Positions 12,067 to 22,310 of a stretch of DNA of 38,042 nt are shown piece by piece. The stretch covers positions 62,001 through 100,042 of the forward strand of contig NKIB01009402.1 of the NCBI GenBank assembly GCA_002256025.1. The letters run 5' to 3'. The first letter of the stretch is position 1. Each line of letters starts with the position of its first letter. The notes under the pieces were generated by a model. That model saw only the letters and a list, made by a program, of their open reading frames with translations. It was not told the origin of the DNA and made no database searches. A program made the translations under genes and the position numbers. This DNA is from Asterionella formosa. Lineage: Eukaryota.

Positions 12067-13014
12067 ATGTTGTCTCACTCTTGTCTCGACGAACGAACAA
12101 AAGAGTTATTACAACTAATTAAACAAGAGGAACGATGGATTCGAATTTATAAAGCTGAATTGGAACTTGTGAGTTGTCGCAACAACAAAAACAACAACAA
12201 TAATGCTACTACTACAACTACTACTGCTACTACGAATGGAAATATGGATGAGGACAACATTCAAAATGATGATTGTCTAGCGATTATTCTTTCCCTCCAA
12301 AAATCTTCCGAAGGACTTGATGTAAAATGGCATGATGATCCAATTCATCGGATAGTACCTCGAATTTCTGGTATCCAATTTACACATGTGGCTCCCATAA
12401 TCAACAATTTCAATAACGTTCCCATGTGCTTTGAACTGCATGCCACAATATTATCAGCACAAAAAGAACAACATTCGATTCCATTGAATGTTTGTATGGT
12501 AGTACAGGTTGAACAAACAAAGATTGTTCATGTAGCAGTTACATTTCCAAATCATTCAAAGGACCATAACGACGAGTTGCAACAAATGATCACGACAGAA
12601 GAATCAAACAATATTCCATTGTTATTGCGTCGATTGGTACAATGGGCCAAATTTCATACCAAGCGAACTGCAGTATTGGACAAGTTGTTGAACCAACATC
12701 ATTTTTTGATTAAGGAATCTCCATCAATCCTTTCCATTACTACTAGTAATAGAAATGTTATACTACTACGATTGTCTTGGACATGGTTGGTCAATGACAC
12801 ACATCCATTTGGAAAAGAAGAGTTGAAGGTTTTGACGTGCTATAATGATGAGACAAGAACAACACACCACCATCATAATGTCATTCTACATCCTCAAAGA
12901 CTCCAAGACTTGATTGTTTGTACAGGAAGTACAGACACGGCTCTTTGTGTCATTTGTGATGCCATTGCACAAGGAAGAATCAGAATGTGCGGATCGAATC
13001 ATGATGTAAGATAG
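12067..13014 (+). CDS. Hypothetical protein, 315 aa; probable CENP-P/Ctf19-like (coiled coil plus tandem RWD)
   Basis: Long ORF with an N-terminal coiled coil (ELLQLIKQEERWIRIYKAELE), followed by SGIQF, ELQQMITTEESNNIPLLLRRLVQWAKFHTKR, LRLSW and PQRLQDLIVCTGSTDTALCVI. These match the CENP-P layout by eye. Coding status is confident; identity is tentative. Confidence 0.6.
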   Translation: MLSHSCLDERTKELLQLIKQEERWIRIYKAELELVSCRNNKNNNNNATTTTTTATTNGNMDEDNIQNDDCLAIILSLQKSSEGLDVKWHDDPIHRIVPRISGIQFTHVAPIINNFNNVPMCFELHATILSAQKEQHSIPLNVCMVVQVEQTKIVHVAVTFPNHSKDHNDELQQMITTEESNNIPLLLRRLVQWAKFHTKRTAVLDKLLNQHHFLIKESPSILSITTSNRNVILLRLSWTWLVNDTHPFGKEELKVLTCYNDETRTTHHHHNVILHPQRLQDLIVCTGSTDTALCVICDAIAQGRIRMCGSNHDVR

Positions 13015-13420
13015 CGTAGTAGATATAATTGTGAAGAAATAAAAATTGCTTATGTAAATACGCTGTACTACCATTGAAACTCGATATGATTAGATTAGTA
13101 TATACGCTGAGTGACATTTGTATTTTTTATAGTATCGGAGGGTATGATGTTATAGGAGACTCAGAAAATATGCAGACAGTCCTCGAGTTCGTTCTTGTCC
13201 ATCAGTGAATCTGCATGTGCCAAGTAATGAGAAATAGAAACAATTGAACGAGTTAAATATTGTTAAATTACCCGTGCATTACTACTTTACACGTATACCT
13301 ATACTAATTAACTATACATCCTAACCTCGTTTAAATGTATCTCATAGAATGAAAAATGCAAACGAAACATACCTCATCCTCCAGGTTCAATTGGCATGTG
13401 CCATGTTCTTGTCATTTCAT

Positions 13421-14608
13421 TCACAACACTTCATCCATATCATCTTCTAGATACCTTCCAACAGTTGCTTGACTACTACTGGAGGCACTAAATAGTTTTT
13501 CCATGGCAGCATCTTCCATTTGTTTGATCCGAGATGGGCTGATACCACCAAAGAGAGTGCCGATTTCTGCCAAGGATAATTTCCGTCCAGTCAAACCAAA
13601 TCGTAACCGAATAAGTTCCACCTCTTGACTTGACAAACAATTGGTTAAGAAGGTTTCAACATCTTGACGAAACGTGGACGTCGAATCCTCCATAGCATGT
13701 TCATTTTCATCTTCATCATCAGGAATCATATCCTTAAGTGGTGCAGTAATTTGCTCATGATGCAACCACATTAGATCTTCCCCTTCTTCATTCCAAAGAA
13801 AGGCATCCTCCTCATCGTCCATCCTTGTAGACATTTCATTTTCACCTGAATCTTCAAACTGCGTCGTCATGTCTAATAGTGGATTGTACACTTCCATGGT
13901 ACTTTCCACGGACAGTGTACGTTGACTTGCCTTTGTATATTTGGCTAATTCTTGTGCCGATACCCCAATCCGATCTGCCACTTCATTGACAGATGGATCT
14001 CGTGCTAGTTCCAATGTCAAGGATGCTCTCATACGTTTGGCTTGTTGTAACAATTGTTCGACTTTTCTTGGAAGACGAATACTACGTCGTTCCATCATTT
14101 TCATCAATGCTTGAGTAATGAGTCGTTTGGCATGTACTTCAAATGTATCGGAAGTCGTTGCGGTGGACGTGGTAGGATGGCCATATGTCTTCATGGCATA
14201 CATCAAGGCTACCATCCCCTCCTGTAGTAAGTCACCGTAGGATACATCTCCACATTGTTGATGAATCTGATATTGTTGTTTAGCAATATCATCGACCCAT
14301 CGAAGACATGTTCGAGTGCTGTAAGGCACTTTGCTAGTTGTAGTAGCACGTTCCCAATTCCAAATGGAGGTGGCAAGTTCAGAATTGACATGACCAAACT
14401 TATCTTGTAGAAAGAAAAATTCCTCGGTTGGGATGTAATTGTCATGTGTCATGGGCGTAGTTGCTTTGTGACTGCTTCTGCTGCTACTGCTGCTTCTCCG
14501 AGGCACCGAATAGGCAGCAGTGTTCATGGGTAGTTGTACCATTAAAATGGTCATTATCGTCGTCGTCGTGAAAAGAGGAAGAAGAATAATCATCATCCTT
14601 GTTGTCAT
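13421..14608 (-). CDS. Nucleus-encoded, plastid-targeted RNA polymerase sigma-70 family factor (divergent), up to 395 aa
   Basis: Region 2.1-like LRWVDDIAKQ; region 2.2 YGDLLQEG; RSIRLP; region 3 LARDPSVNEVADRIGVS; region 4 LSSQEVELIRLRFGL...SLAEIG...RIKQMEDAAMEKL. N-terminal hydrophobic signal, NTAA|YS cleavage motif and Ser/Arg-rich transit peptide. Confidence 0.88.
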   Translation of the reverse strand: MTTRMMIILLPLFTTTTIMTILMVQLPMNTAAYSVPRRSSSSSRSSHKATTPMTHDNYIPTEEFFFLQDKFGHVNSELATSIWNWERATTTSKVPYSTRTCLRWVDDIAKQQYQIHQQCGDVSYGDLLQEGMVALMYAMKTYGHPTTSTATTSDTFEVHAKRLITQALMKMMERRSIRLPRKVEQLLQQAKRMRASLTLELARDPSVNEVADRIGVSAQELAKYTKASQRTLSVESTMEVYNPLLDMTTQFEDSGENEMSTRMDDEEDAFLWNEEGEDLMWLHHEQITAPLKDMIPDDEDENEHAMEDSTSTFRQDVETFLTNCLSSQEVELIRLRFGLTGRKLSLAEIGTLFGGISPSRIKQMEDAAMEKLFSASSSSQATVGRYLEDDMDEVL

Positions 14609-14834
14609 GCTGTGGAATAAAGAAATGCTGCCTGAAAAATTTCAACAGATTCTCATTGTCGAAAGTAAAGAAAGAATGATGAATGTCTTTGTTTCACTAA
14701 ATACTTACGAAGTACCACACTCGATCGCAGCCAAAACAGCCACGATACGAAATAATTCGGTCCGCCTCAAATCATCAGCATGATCGAGGCTCACAGCAGA
14801 GATTCTCAAATGTCGCTCCATCGTTGTTTTTACA

Positions 14835-15465
14835 GTACCAGGTACCAGGTACCAGGTAGACTACCCCAGGTACTTTACATAGTTAGTAGGTCCGTGAATG
14901 TACTGTGTCTTATGTAGAAAGGTAAGAATACCAGTATGTACGCACTGGAGAACATTTGAGCTGCCTCCACTGTAGCAGGTCTGGTACCGGTACCAGGTAC
15001 CAGGTAGTACCAGGTACAGGTATGCATGATCAGTTTGATTCTCCTGTACCTGGTACTGACGATCCTGCTCACATCGAAGTAACCTGGAGTTTGCGAATCT
15101 CCACGAACACACGCTTCTTCAAGTTATCTTCGGGTAGAATGTATACGGTACCGTGTAGTGGTACTATGAAGCAAGATCCATTGTTGGCTGCCTTGCTGGT
15201 CGTGTGAATATAGCCCAAATAAGAATACCTGATACCAGAGCCAAATCAGGTACCAGGTACCCGTACGAGGTGGAACCAGGTACCGGGTACCAGTACCTGG
15301 CACACAGAAACTAATGTATAGTTCGCATCATACCGGTACGTATTGCTTTATATACATAGACGGCCACAAGAATCATTATATTATGTATTCATACATCTGC
15401 ATTTTTAGCTATAATCCTAATACGGTCCTATTCTGTGTACCAGGTAACCTTGTACCTGGTACTAC
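14835..15465. repeat. Dense GTACCAG/GGTACC motif clusters upstream of the sigma gene
   Basis: (GTACCAG)x3 at 14835-14855; ctggtaccggtaccaggtaccaggtagtaccaggtacagg at 14981-15020; further clusters at ~15045-15057, 15247-15300 and 15436-15463. Confidence 0.75.
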
Positions 15466-15513
15466 CCACAGAATGAGGAAAATGTGTCGTACCAATTCTG
15501 AGCGTACCTTGTG

Positions 15514-16331
15514 CCAGTAAAAAACTGCCATGACCAATTGTTGAGTTAGGGTGTTTGTGTGACTCCTCCGACTAAAGGAATTTTTCTAACGAAGAATTGC
15601 GGACCTTATTGTTCAATAGGCAGCGTCAGAGCAGCATCGATCAATCAAGCTGTCATGTTAAAATTCTCAATGAACGATTTCATCAGAAAATGGTACTCCT
15701 ACCACAATGATTATAAAACAGCTAAAAAGTGATTTCAATGGGTCACAGCAGTATATACTTTTTCTAAATAAAATTATGCACATTTTCGAAGACAGCAGAT
15801 TAGGTCATGTGTTACAGCACTTGTCGTGCGTGTTAATAAACACCTTGTGAAAACCTGGTTTGTACTCCCTACCTTCCTGGTATACCTGTAACCGTACATG
15901 ATGCATATGCATGATGATGCCACATGCCTAAATAATTTGCTGTCTCCATAGAAAGCAATACCAAGACAAGATATAAGTTGTTACAAATGGCTGAGGTTAG
16001 CTAGTCTAAGGTTCAAATCAATATCGAAAATGTTATATTGACGATCATACATCAAATGACACAGACACTTCTAAACTGACCCTAATCCGTGTTCTTCATG
16101 GTCTTTTGGTCGATCAACCATTTTTCAGGCAATCTATTGAGATGAACTACTTGCTCCAATTCTCAACCTAATTACATAGCTGGCTAGCCTATATGCTTGG
16201 GAAGTAGGCAGAACTCATAAGTCTCAGAAATTACTTTCATGTAAGTTTTGATAACAAAACGTGCTATTCTGTGTTCATTGGGTCAGAGCAGTACAAAAAA
16301 ATCCTCAATGAGTCATGGCAGTTTTTTCTGG
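15514..16331. mobile_element. Non-autonomous TIR element (MITE-like), ~820 bp
   Basis: Left ccagtaaaaaactgccatgac... and right ...gtcatggcagttttttctgg|ta. Weaker inverted similarity extends ~70 bp inward. No coding capacity in between. Confidence 0.65.
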
Positions 16332-16339
16332 TACCAGGT

Positions 16340-17450
16340 TGTCTTAAGTACCAGATTGTCTCCTCGCATATTCTTCGTGTGCACCAGGTACTGTGTATCA
16401 TAGTTCAGTGATATTATAATGCAGTATAAAGACAGTATACTTGTCTAGAAATGAGAGCATTAAGACTCTCAAGGTGTAGCCACTTAATCTCAAAGAAACT
16501 TTTTATCATGGTATACTGAGATGGCCATCGTGTTTCTATTTTCTGTGATCGTCACAAGAGGTATTGTCATAGGGTGGCAGATTTTTTGAGAGTTCCAGCC
16601 TTCTTCATCAAAATTCTAAGAAACATAATAATTCGAAGGAGACTGGGCTGTTCCATCACCCAACTCTTGATTGCTTGGTTAAACTTGTGCGAGCCACAAC
16701 CCAACAAAGGGGGACCTCCAAGAATTCTTGCTTACCATGCTTAGATTCACTGGGCAGTTGTCTCCGTCAGGGCAATCAATTTTTTCCACTGTCATCCGAT
16801 AGTTTGGAAGAGTCTTGGTGATATGACAGATATGGTCTGCTGCAGTCATGGCCTTGACACCGTCAGCAATTAGAGGCTGCATCGACAACAATGTTTCAAT
16901 TGCTAAGTTGCTGATAGGATCAATGTATGAGACATAAATTCTAATGAAATTTTCCTTCATTCCCCTCTTTCCATCCATCAAATACTAGCACCAGCTGGTT
17001 GGGAAGCTACTCCCTAATCTTTGTTTTCACTCTGACTGTAACAAGAAAATTATTTTCCTAAACAATTTTGAGGTGATAGCACCATAGCGCATCCCTCTGC
17101 ATGTGATTTCATTATCAACTTCTGCTAGAGGCATCATGTTTCGCATCATGACTACTCAGCACTCCATCCAGCTGCTGTACACGTCTCATTCTTGTTTGCT
17201 AACTGAGAGACTGAATGAAGAGAGAACATTTTGCTTCAAATGTCGGTGGCATTCAGCTTGGTCATCTGTTCCTATGCAAGCCTTCAGATGCGCCAAAAGG
17301 TTTGTCCAACCGCCTGACTTCTTCTTGTCTTGTTGACATTTCTTGCACCTCCACAAAGTATCTCCTCCACCTTGACTATAATGCTCAATGAAAAAAACCC
17401 ATATTTCTTTGGTCAAATCTTGAGATCTTATTTGAAGCCATGATGAGGTT
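16340..17450 (-). pseudogene. Decayed hAT-like transposase with BED zinc finger
   Basis: BED finger IWVFF...WRCKKC...GGWTNLLAHLKAC, then *DVYSWMEC*VVMRNMMPLAEVDN, LVFDG, TLLSMQPL, TAADH and GDNCPVN. In-frame stops and frameshifts throughout. Ends approximate. Confidence 0.75.
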
Positions 17451-17850
17451 GACAAGTTTGCGCACATTTAGCAGTTTTTGGGGTAATTTAGTGATGATGA
17501 TATGATGGTGTACAACAGAGGTCAGTGATATTATACTGGAGTAAGAATACTGCGGGTTATTTTTAGAGAAAGACTGTATACTGGTATACCATATTCACTT
17601 GGCGAGCAGTTAAGTATTTCAAAATTGAAATGGCAGTAGCCCAGAATACTGATACTGCTACCAAAGCAGTCTTCTTATTTTCACTGCCTCATGCATGCAT
17701 GCCTGCACGCTTTTTTGGCCTAGTACTCCTAACAAAGAAGGATGCAGCATCAACCATAGCAGCTACCAGTATATAAAGAAGTTATGATGTAATGCTTACT
17801 GATAAATTTTTCCCTCTTTGGTGTTTGCTAGCCTACATATGCACAAAGAG

Positions 17851-18933
17851 GAATTTCAATCTCCAATTCTTTTCAAGTCATGCCGGATTTTCTGTAAGAT
17901 TCCTAGTACATAGCAGTATACTGGCAAGCTAGTCCAGTATACTGGTAAAATTTTAGAACAATATGGTGTTTGGAAAATGAAATGTCAGTAAAGTGGTATA
18001 CTGTATACTAATTCATTGTCCTGGCCTCCCCCTTAGTTTGCTGGCCTCCCTGTCCCCCCTGCACATTTTTTGAGGTGGCTCCCAAACACCCAATAATTTT
18101 CTAGACAAACAAGACAAAGTAACATGCTATAATTCTGTTGGTCCTCATACTAGACACTGGTATATAGTATTTATTTAGCTATGCTAGCTAGAGAGTCCTG
18201 CATCATGTTATCACAACCTTGACCATGACAAAATTACAAATTATAGTCACAAAAATTGAGAATGACAGCACTTTGCTACTTGCCATGTATGTTAAGCAGC
18301 AATGACATGATAGAAAATACAATCATAAAAGAAGTCAAGTAATAACACTAATAACAGCAACGAAAATTTTGATCACCGATATCAACATGAAGTCGTGTTT
18401 TTCTTGCAAGCTGAAGAACTTTCTCATTTTTCATTTAATGAGATAATGATCATACCGGTAGTAATATTTATGGGAAAAAAGTGCGCCATCCTGTAGAATA
18501 GATAAAATTTACGTAGGTCTACTGTATTGTGAATGAAATCTCTTTCCTGTCCTGGCCCCGGCTTGAGTGAATTCAGTCACGGCAGTCTATAACGGGGGGG
18601 GGGCCGGATATTCGGGGACTTATAAGGTACTGCGTCTGGAGTACCGTACCTGTAGTATTAGTATCCAATACTGCTGTATACCTGTACCTTCACCGACCTG
18701 TGCTCTACAATTTACACTACAGCATACAGTGTACAGTCCAAACAGTACTGCTGATAATATAATAATTCCGATTTTTACTACATATTTCTTTTGCCCAAGC
18801 ATGATTCGGAATTTCGCTCTCCAATGCTTGACACAAGTCATGCCGGATTTTCTTTAAGATTCTTACATAGCAGTATACTGGCAAGCTGGACCAGTATTCT
18901 GGCAAAATTATGGTATTTGGAAAATGAAGTGCC
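17851..18933 (+). repeat. Pair of ~130-bp diverged direct repeats (17851-17985 and 18809-18933)
   Basis: Shared caagtcatgccggattttct.taagatt...acatagcagtatactggcaagct...ccagtat.ctgg.aaaatt...atggt.tttggaaaatgaa. Confidence 0.8.
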
Positions 18934-18955
18934 AAAGAATTCGTGACCATCATAC

Positions 18956-19043
18956 CAAGTTGCGGTAATTTTGCTGAAACTAAAGATTTAGCTTTCTTTA
19001 TCCCAGATTAAAATGTTAGTTTCAGCAAAATGACCGCAACTTG
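18956..19043. repeat. 88-bp inverted repeat (28-bp arms, 1 mismatch); mini-MITE or hairpin
   Basis: caagttgcggtaattttgctgaaactaa (18956-18983) versus ttagtttcagcaaaatgaccgcaacttg (19016-19043). Confidence 0.85.
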
Positions 19044-19458
19044 CACAGGTACGCACCATGTACCTGGTGGCCTATTTACCGCCAGGTATACCGGTAGGTG
19101 AAGGCGATGGAACAAACAACGATTATCGCTCATCCCTCAGTATGATATGTACATACCAGGTACTGGTACCGTAGTATCGTTTCGTCTCCCCCTTTATGAT
19201 ATGATACCGGTCGGTCTGCCTTTTTGGTATTTGCTTCTATATCACAAACAACTCCTCGACAGACAATCTTGTTCCATTCTGTCCACTCCATTGTGGCTTC
19301 ATTCTATTCCAACCACATTACATATACCGGTATCATTTCATCTTTTATTCTACAGCCAAGCAGCAAGAAGTAATAGCCAGCCAAGAAGAAGAAGAAGTAG
19401 CAGCGCCACTCACTTACTCACTCACTCACTCACGTTTTACCAAATACTCAAAAAAATA

Positions 19459-20172
19459 ATGCCATCGGAACTAAGTCAGTTCATTACCACGGAACAGTGG
19501 TCCCGTTGCATTGATACCTGCCGCAACCGACCAAGTGATGCCAAACAATGGTCTAGTCGTGATGGATTCTTTGAGGGTCTCAAAACATCCAATGTACTGC
19601 CATTGCATGAAGCATGTGCCAACGACAATTGTCCCCTAGAAGTGGTGCAAGCCATTGTGGCTGCCTACCAACAAGGCGTGGTGTCCTATGAAAGTGCCTA
19701 CCAGCGGCTCCCGCTTCACATTGCCTGTCGGAAGAATGCCAATGTGCAGGTGGTGCGCTTGTTGCTGGAGGCGTGCGCCAAGGGCAGCGTGGAGCCAGAT
19801 GCGCTGGGGAGGCTGCCATTGCATTATGCTCTGTCCAATGGAGCGCAAGATGATGTAGTGCAACTCCTCTTGGACACGACGCCCAATGCAGCGAGAGGAA
19901 CGGATAGGCGAGGCTGGTTGCCATTGCATGTGGCGTGCAGTGTCGGGGCGTCGACCAAGGTCATTGTCATGATACTGCAGGCATATCCAGAAGGTGCCAT
20001 TACGCTCACCAACAAGGGGACGTCGGCGGAGCGAACGATGGATGCGCACACGGCACAGAACAAGGAAGAAGTAAGAAGGATTATCAAGCAGTACAAGTCG
20101 CAGGTCAATAGCAGACTCGGAAATTTTGGAAGGATTTCGAAGCAACCTTCGGAGGAGAGAATGCTTGTCTAG
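19459..20172 (+). CDS. Ankyrin-like repeat protein, 237 aa
   Basis: Start MPSELSQF; motifs LPLHEAC, RLPLHIAC, GRLPLHYAL and GWLPLHVAC. Confidence 0.88.
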   Translation: MPSELSQFITTEQWSRCIDTCRNRPSDAKQWSSRDGFFEGLKTSNVLPLHEACANDNCPLEVVQAIVAAYQQGVVSYESAYQRLPLHIACRKNANVQVVRLLLEACAKGSVEPDALGRLPLHYALSNGAQDDVVQLLLDTTPNAARGTDRRGWLPLHVACSVGASTKVIVMILQAYPEGAITLTNKGTSAERTMDAHTAQNKEEVRRIIKQYKSQVNSRLGNFGRISKQPSEERMLV

Positions 20173-20364
20173 CTACCGAGACGCGCACGACAAGTCTACT
20201 GCACCAACCTGCATACAGCAGTCACAAAATCACTACTGTCATGTCAGGAAGAGCGTACGTAATGCTAAAGTGATTGCAAAGTGCGGGTATCAGCCGCATT
20301 CATTTATTGTTTTTCGTAGACATACAAGTAAATGACATTTTACAACAAAAGATTCAACCAATAT

Positions 20365-21467
20365 TCAAGCCAAATCACCGGAAGGACCATTGTTGCCGCG
20401 TTCTTCGTCCCTGTCCTTCTTCTTCATCATCTCGTCGGTTACAGGACCACCAGCTCCGAGAACCTGCCAAGGAACATAAAACAGCGTGAGGAATTCGACG
20501 AAGCTACAGCCAAAAACAAGGCGGTTTCTTTTGGATCACGAACCTGTCTACCGACTACTCCACTTTTGTTGCCACGCCCTTGTTCCCTTTTCTTCATGGC
20601 TTCGTCATTTGCATGCTCCTGCTCTGATTTCCAACCACCTGCTCCAGTACGATGGCCGAGTAACTGTCAAGAGCACACATGGGTCAGTCGAAAATATCAC
20701 ATACACAGCTAGGCTCATTGAAAATAACCAAACAACAACGATCCAACGGAACGCACCTGACCTGAAAAATTGAATTTGAAACCACTCAAGGTGGGTGTCA
20801 CTCGGTGCAAGTAGTCATAAACTTCATCATTACGAACACCTTCCGCAACATGTTCAATGAAATCCTTGGGGATTAACCCATTATTGTCTCCAATAAAGAT
20901 ACTAGAAGGATCACGCTCACAAAGATTCTTCACCAAGGTGATAGGAGCACCACGTGCACATGCAACATGGAGGGGCAACCATCCACGATGATCCCTCTTC
21001 TCGACAGCGTCGGGGAACAACTCCAAAAGATGGTCAATGACAATCATGGGATGTTTGTTTCCAATGGCATAGTGGAGTGCTGTTCGGCGGAGTCGGTCTT
21101 GCAAGCTGGCAGCTCGGGGACAGCGAACAAGGAGTTCCATAATTACATTCTCGGGAGCACAATGAAGCAGTGCCAAGGACAATGGCATGCGATCGTACGC
21201 CGTGTCAGTGCAGTCAATGGCCTTGGGGTAGTCGTCCAAGAGTTTGACAATAACAGCCAAGGGGGCATGGTTGCACAGAGCATTGGTGAGTGGAAGTGCG
21301 CTGGAACGTTTGAAAGTGTCGAACAAAACTGGACAAGTAGCAAGCTTTCGGAGTTCCGGAGAATGAGTCTCGATGCGAACCATGACGGCATCCCAATCTT
21401 TGGCTTCGATAAGGCGATGTAACTCCTCACTGGGACGTTCACCAGTTTTAAAAATATGTTTCAGCAT
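20365..21467 (-). CDS. Ankyrin-like repeat protein, paralog of 19459-20172; 3 exons (21467-20757, 20663-20544, 20463-20365), ~309 aa
   Basis: Motifs RMPLSLAL, RTALHYAI and GWLPLHVAC. Phase-0 introns at 20664-20756 (GTGCGT..CAG) and 20464-20543 (GTTCGT..CAG) give open exons. The unspliced ORF ends at 20715. Confidence 0.8.
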
Positions 21468-22310
21468 GATGGAGGAATTGAAGAAAAACGGAAATGAAAC
21501 GATTGAAGTTTGGATTGTGAGAACTCGGTGAAAAGTGATTTCACCTACACCAGGTTTTGCCATTGTCGTTGGCAGTTTCTGATGGCGATTTTGAAATTAC
21601 CGAAATCGTAGAAACCGTTTTTGAGTCACATTTGAAGATTTTCAAAAACTATCCAACTACGCTGTTACCTCTCGATCTGGAATAAACACAGCGTATAGGC
21701 CTACCTAAATTTATTAATGACCACTTTTTATTTACTCCTCTGAGAGAGAAACAAGAAATGATGGTGATTCTCCCCCGGTCGTGTCGTATTTTCTGTATTC
21801 CAGCAAGCAATTTCGATGATTTGGTGCTCGTTCCCCTTGTCATGGTTAACACTCCTCATTTTGCAAATAAAAAAGGTTACCAGACAGGACGACACTGACA
21901 CAAGTCTACAACGAATCAACGGATTTTTTCCTGATATCGAGATTCCGGAAAAATGCTATGAGGAAGTAGCCGCTTATTACCCGTCCTTTGAAGCAAGATC
22001 CAACGTATCAATCATATTTTCTCAATAGTTGCAAATGTGACAACAATACCAGCGACATAGCCGTGCATGGAATCTGAAAGCGCCAGTGTGCAATCCTTCC
22101 TAACATTACCTAGCCTCTGGGCAATATGAGGAGCATGCAAAACAATGGGAAATTGTAAGGATGTACTGTACAAATTAAAAAAATTAATTTTTTTTCTTGC
22201 CCTGAAGAATTCGTGGCTTCTGGCAGATCACATATTGTATCATCATTTTCAGATTCAAGTCTATTACATTTAGAATGCAATCCAAGGTTCATTGTAACAT
22301 ATGCCACCTT

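Noticed and set aside
7016..14608. Idea that ynfA plus sigma-70 indicate a bacterial contig or operon
   Set aside because: Neighbouring genes have spliceosomal introns, the sigma gene has a eukaryotic bipartite targeting peptide, and orientations are not operon-like.
19147..19458. N-terminal extensions in the ORF track (also 10852-10983, 10326-10436, 21468-21563, 30931-31041)
   Set aside because: They read as 5' UTR or promoter sequence (microsatellites, pyrimidine tracts); downstream ATGs coincide with the start of family-like sequence.
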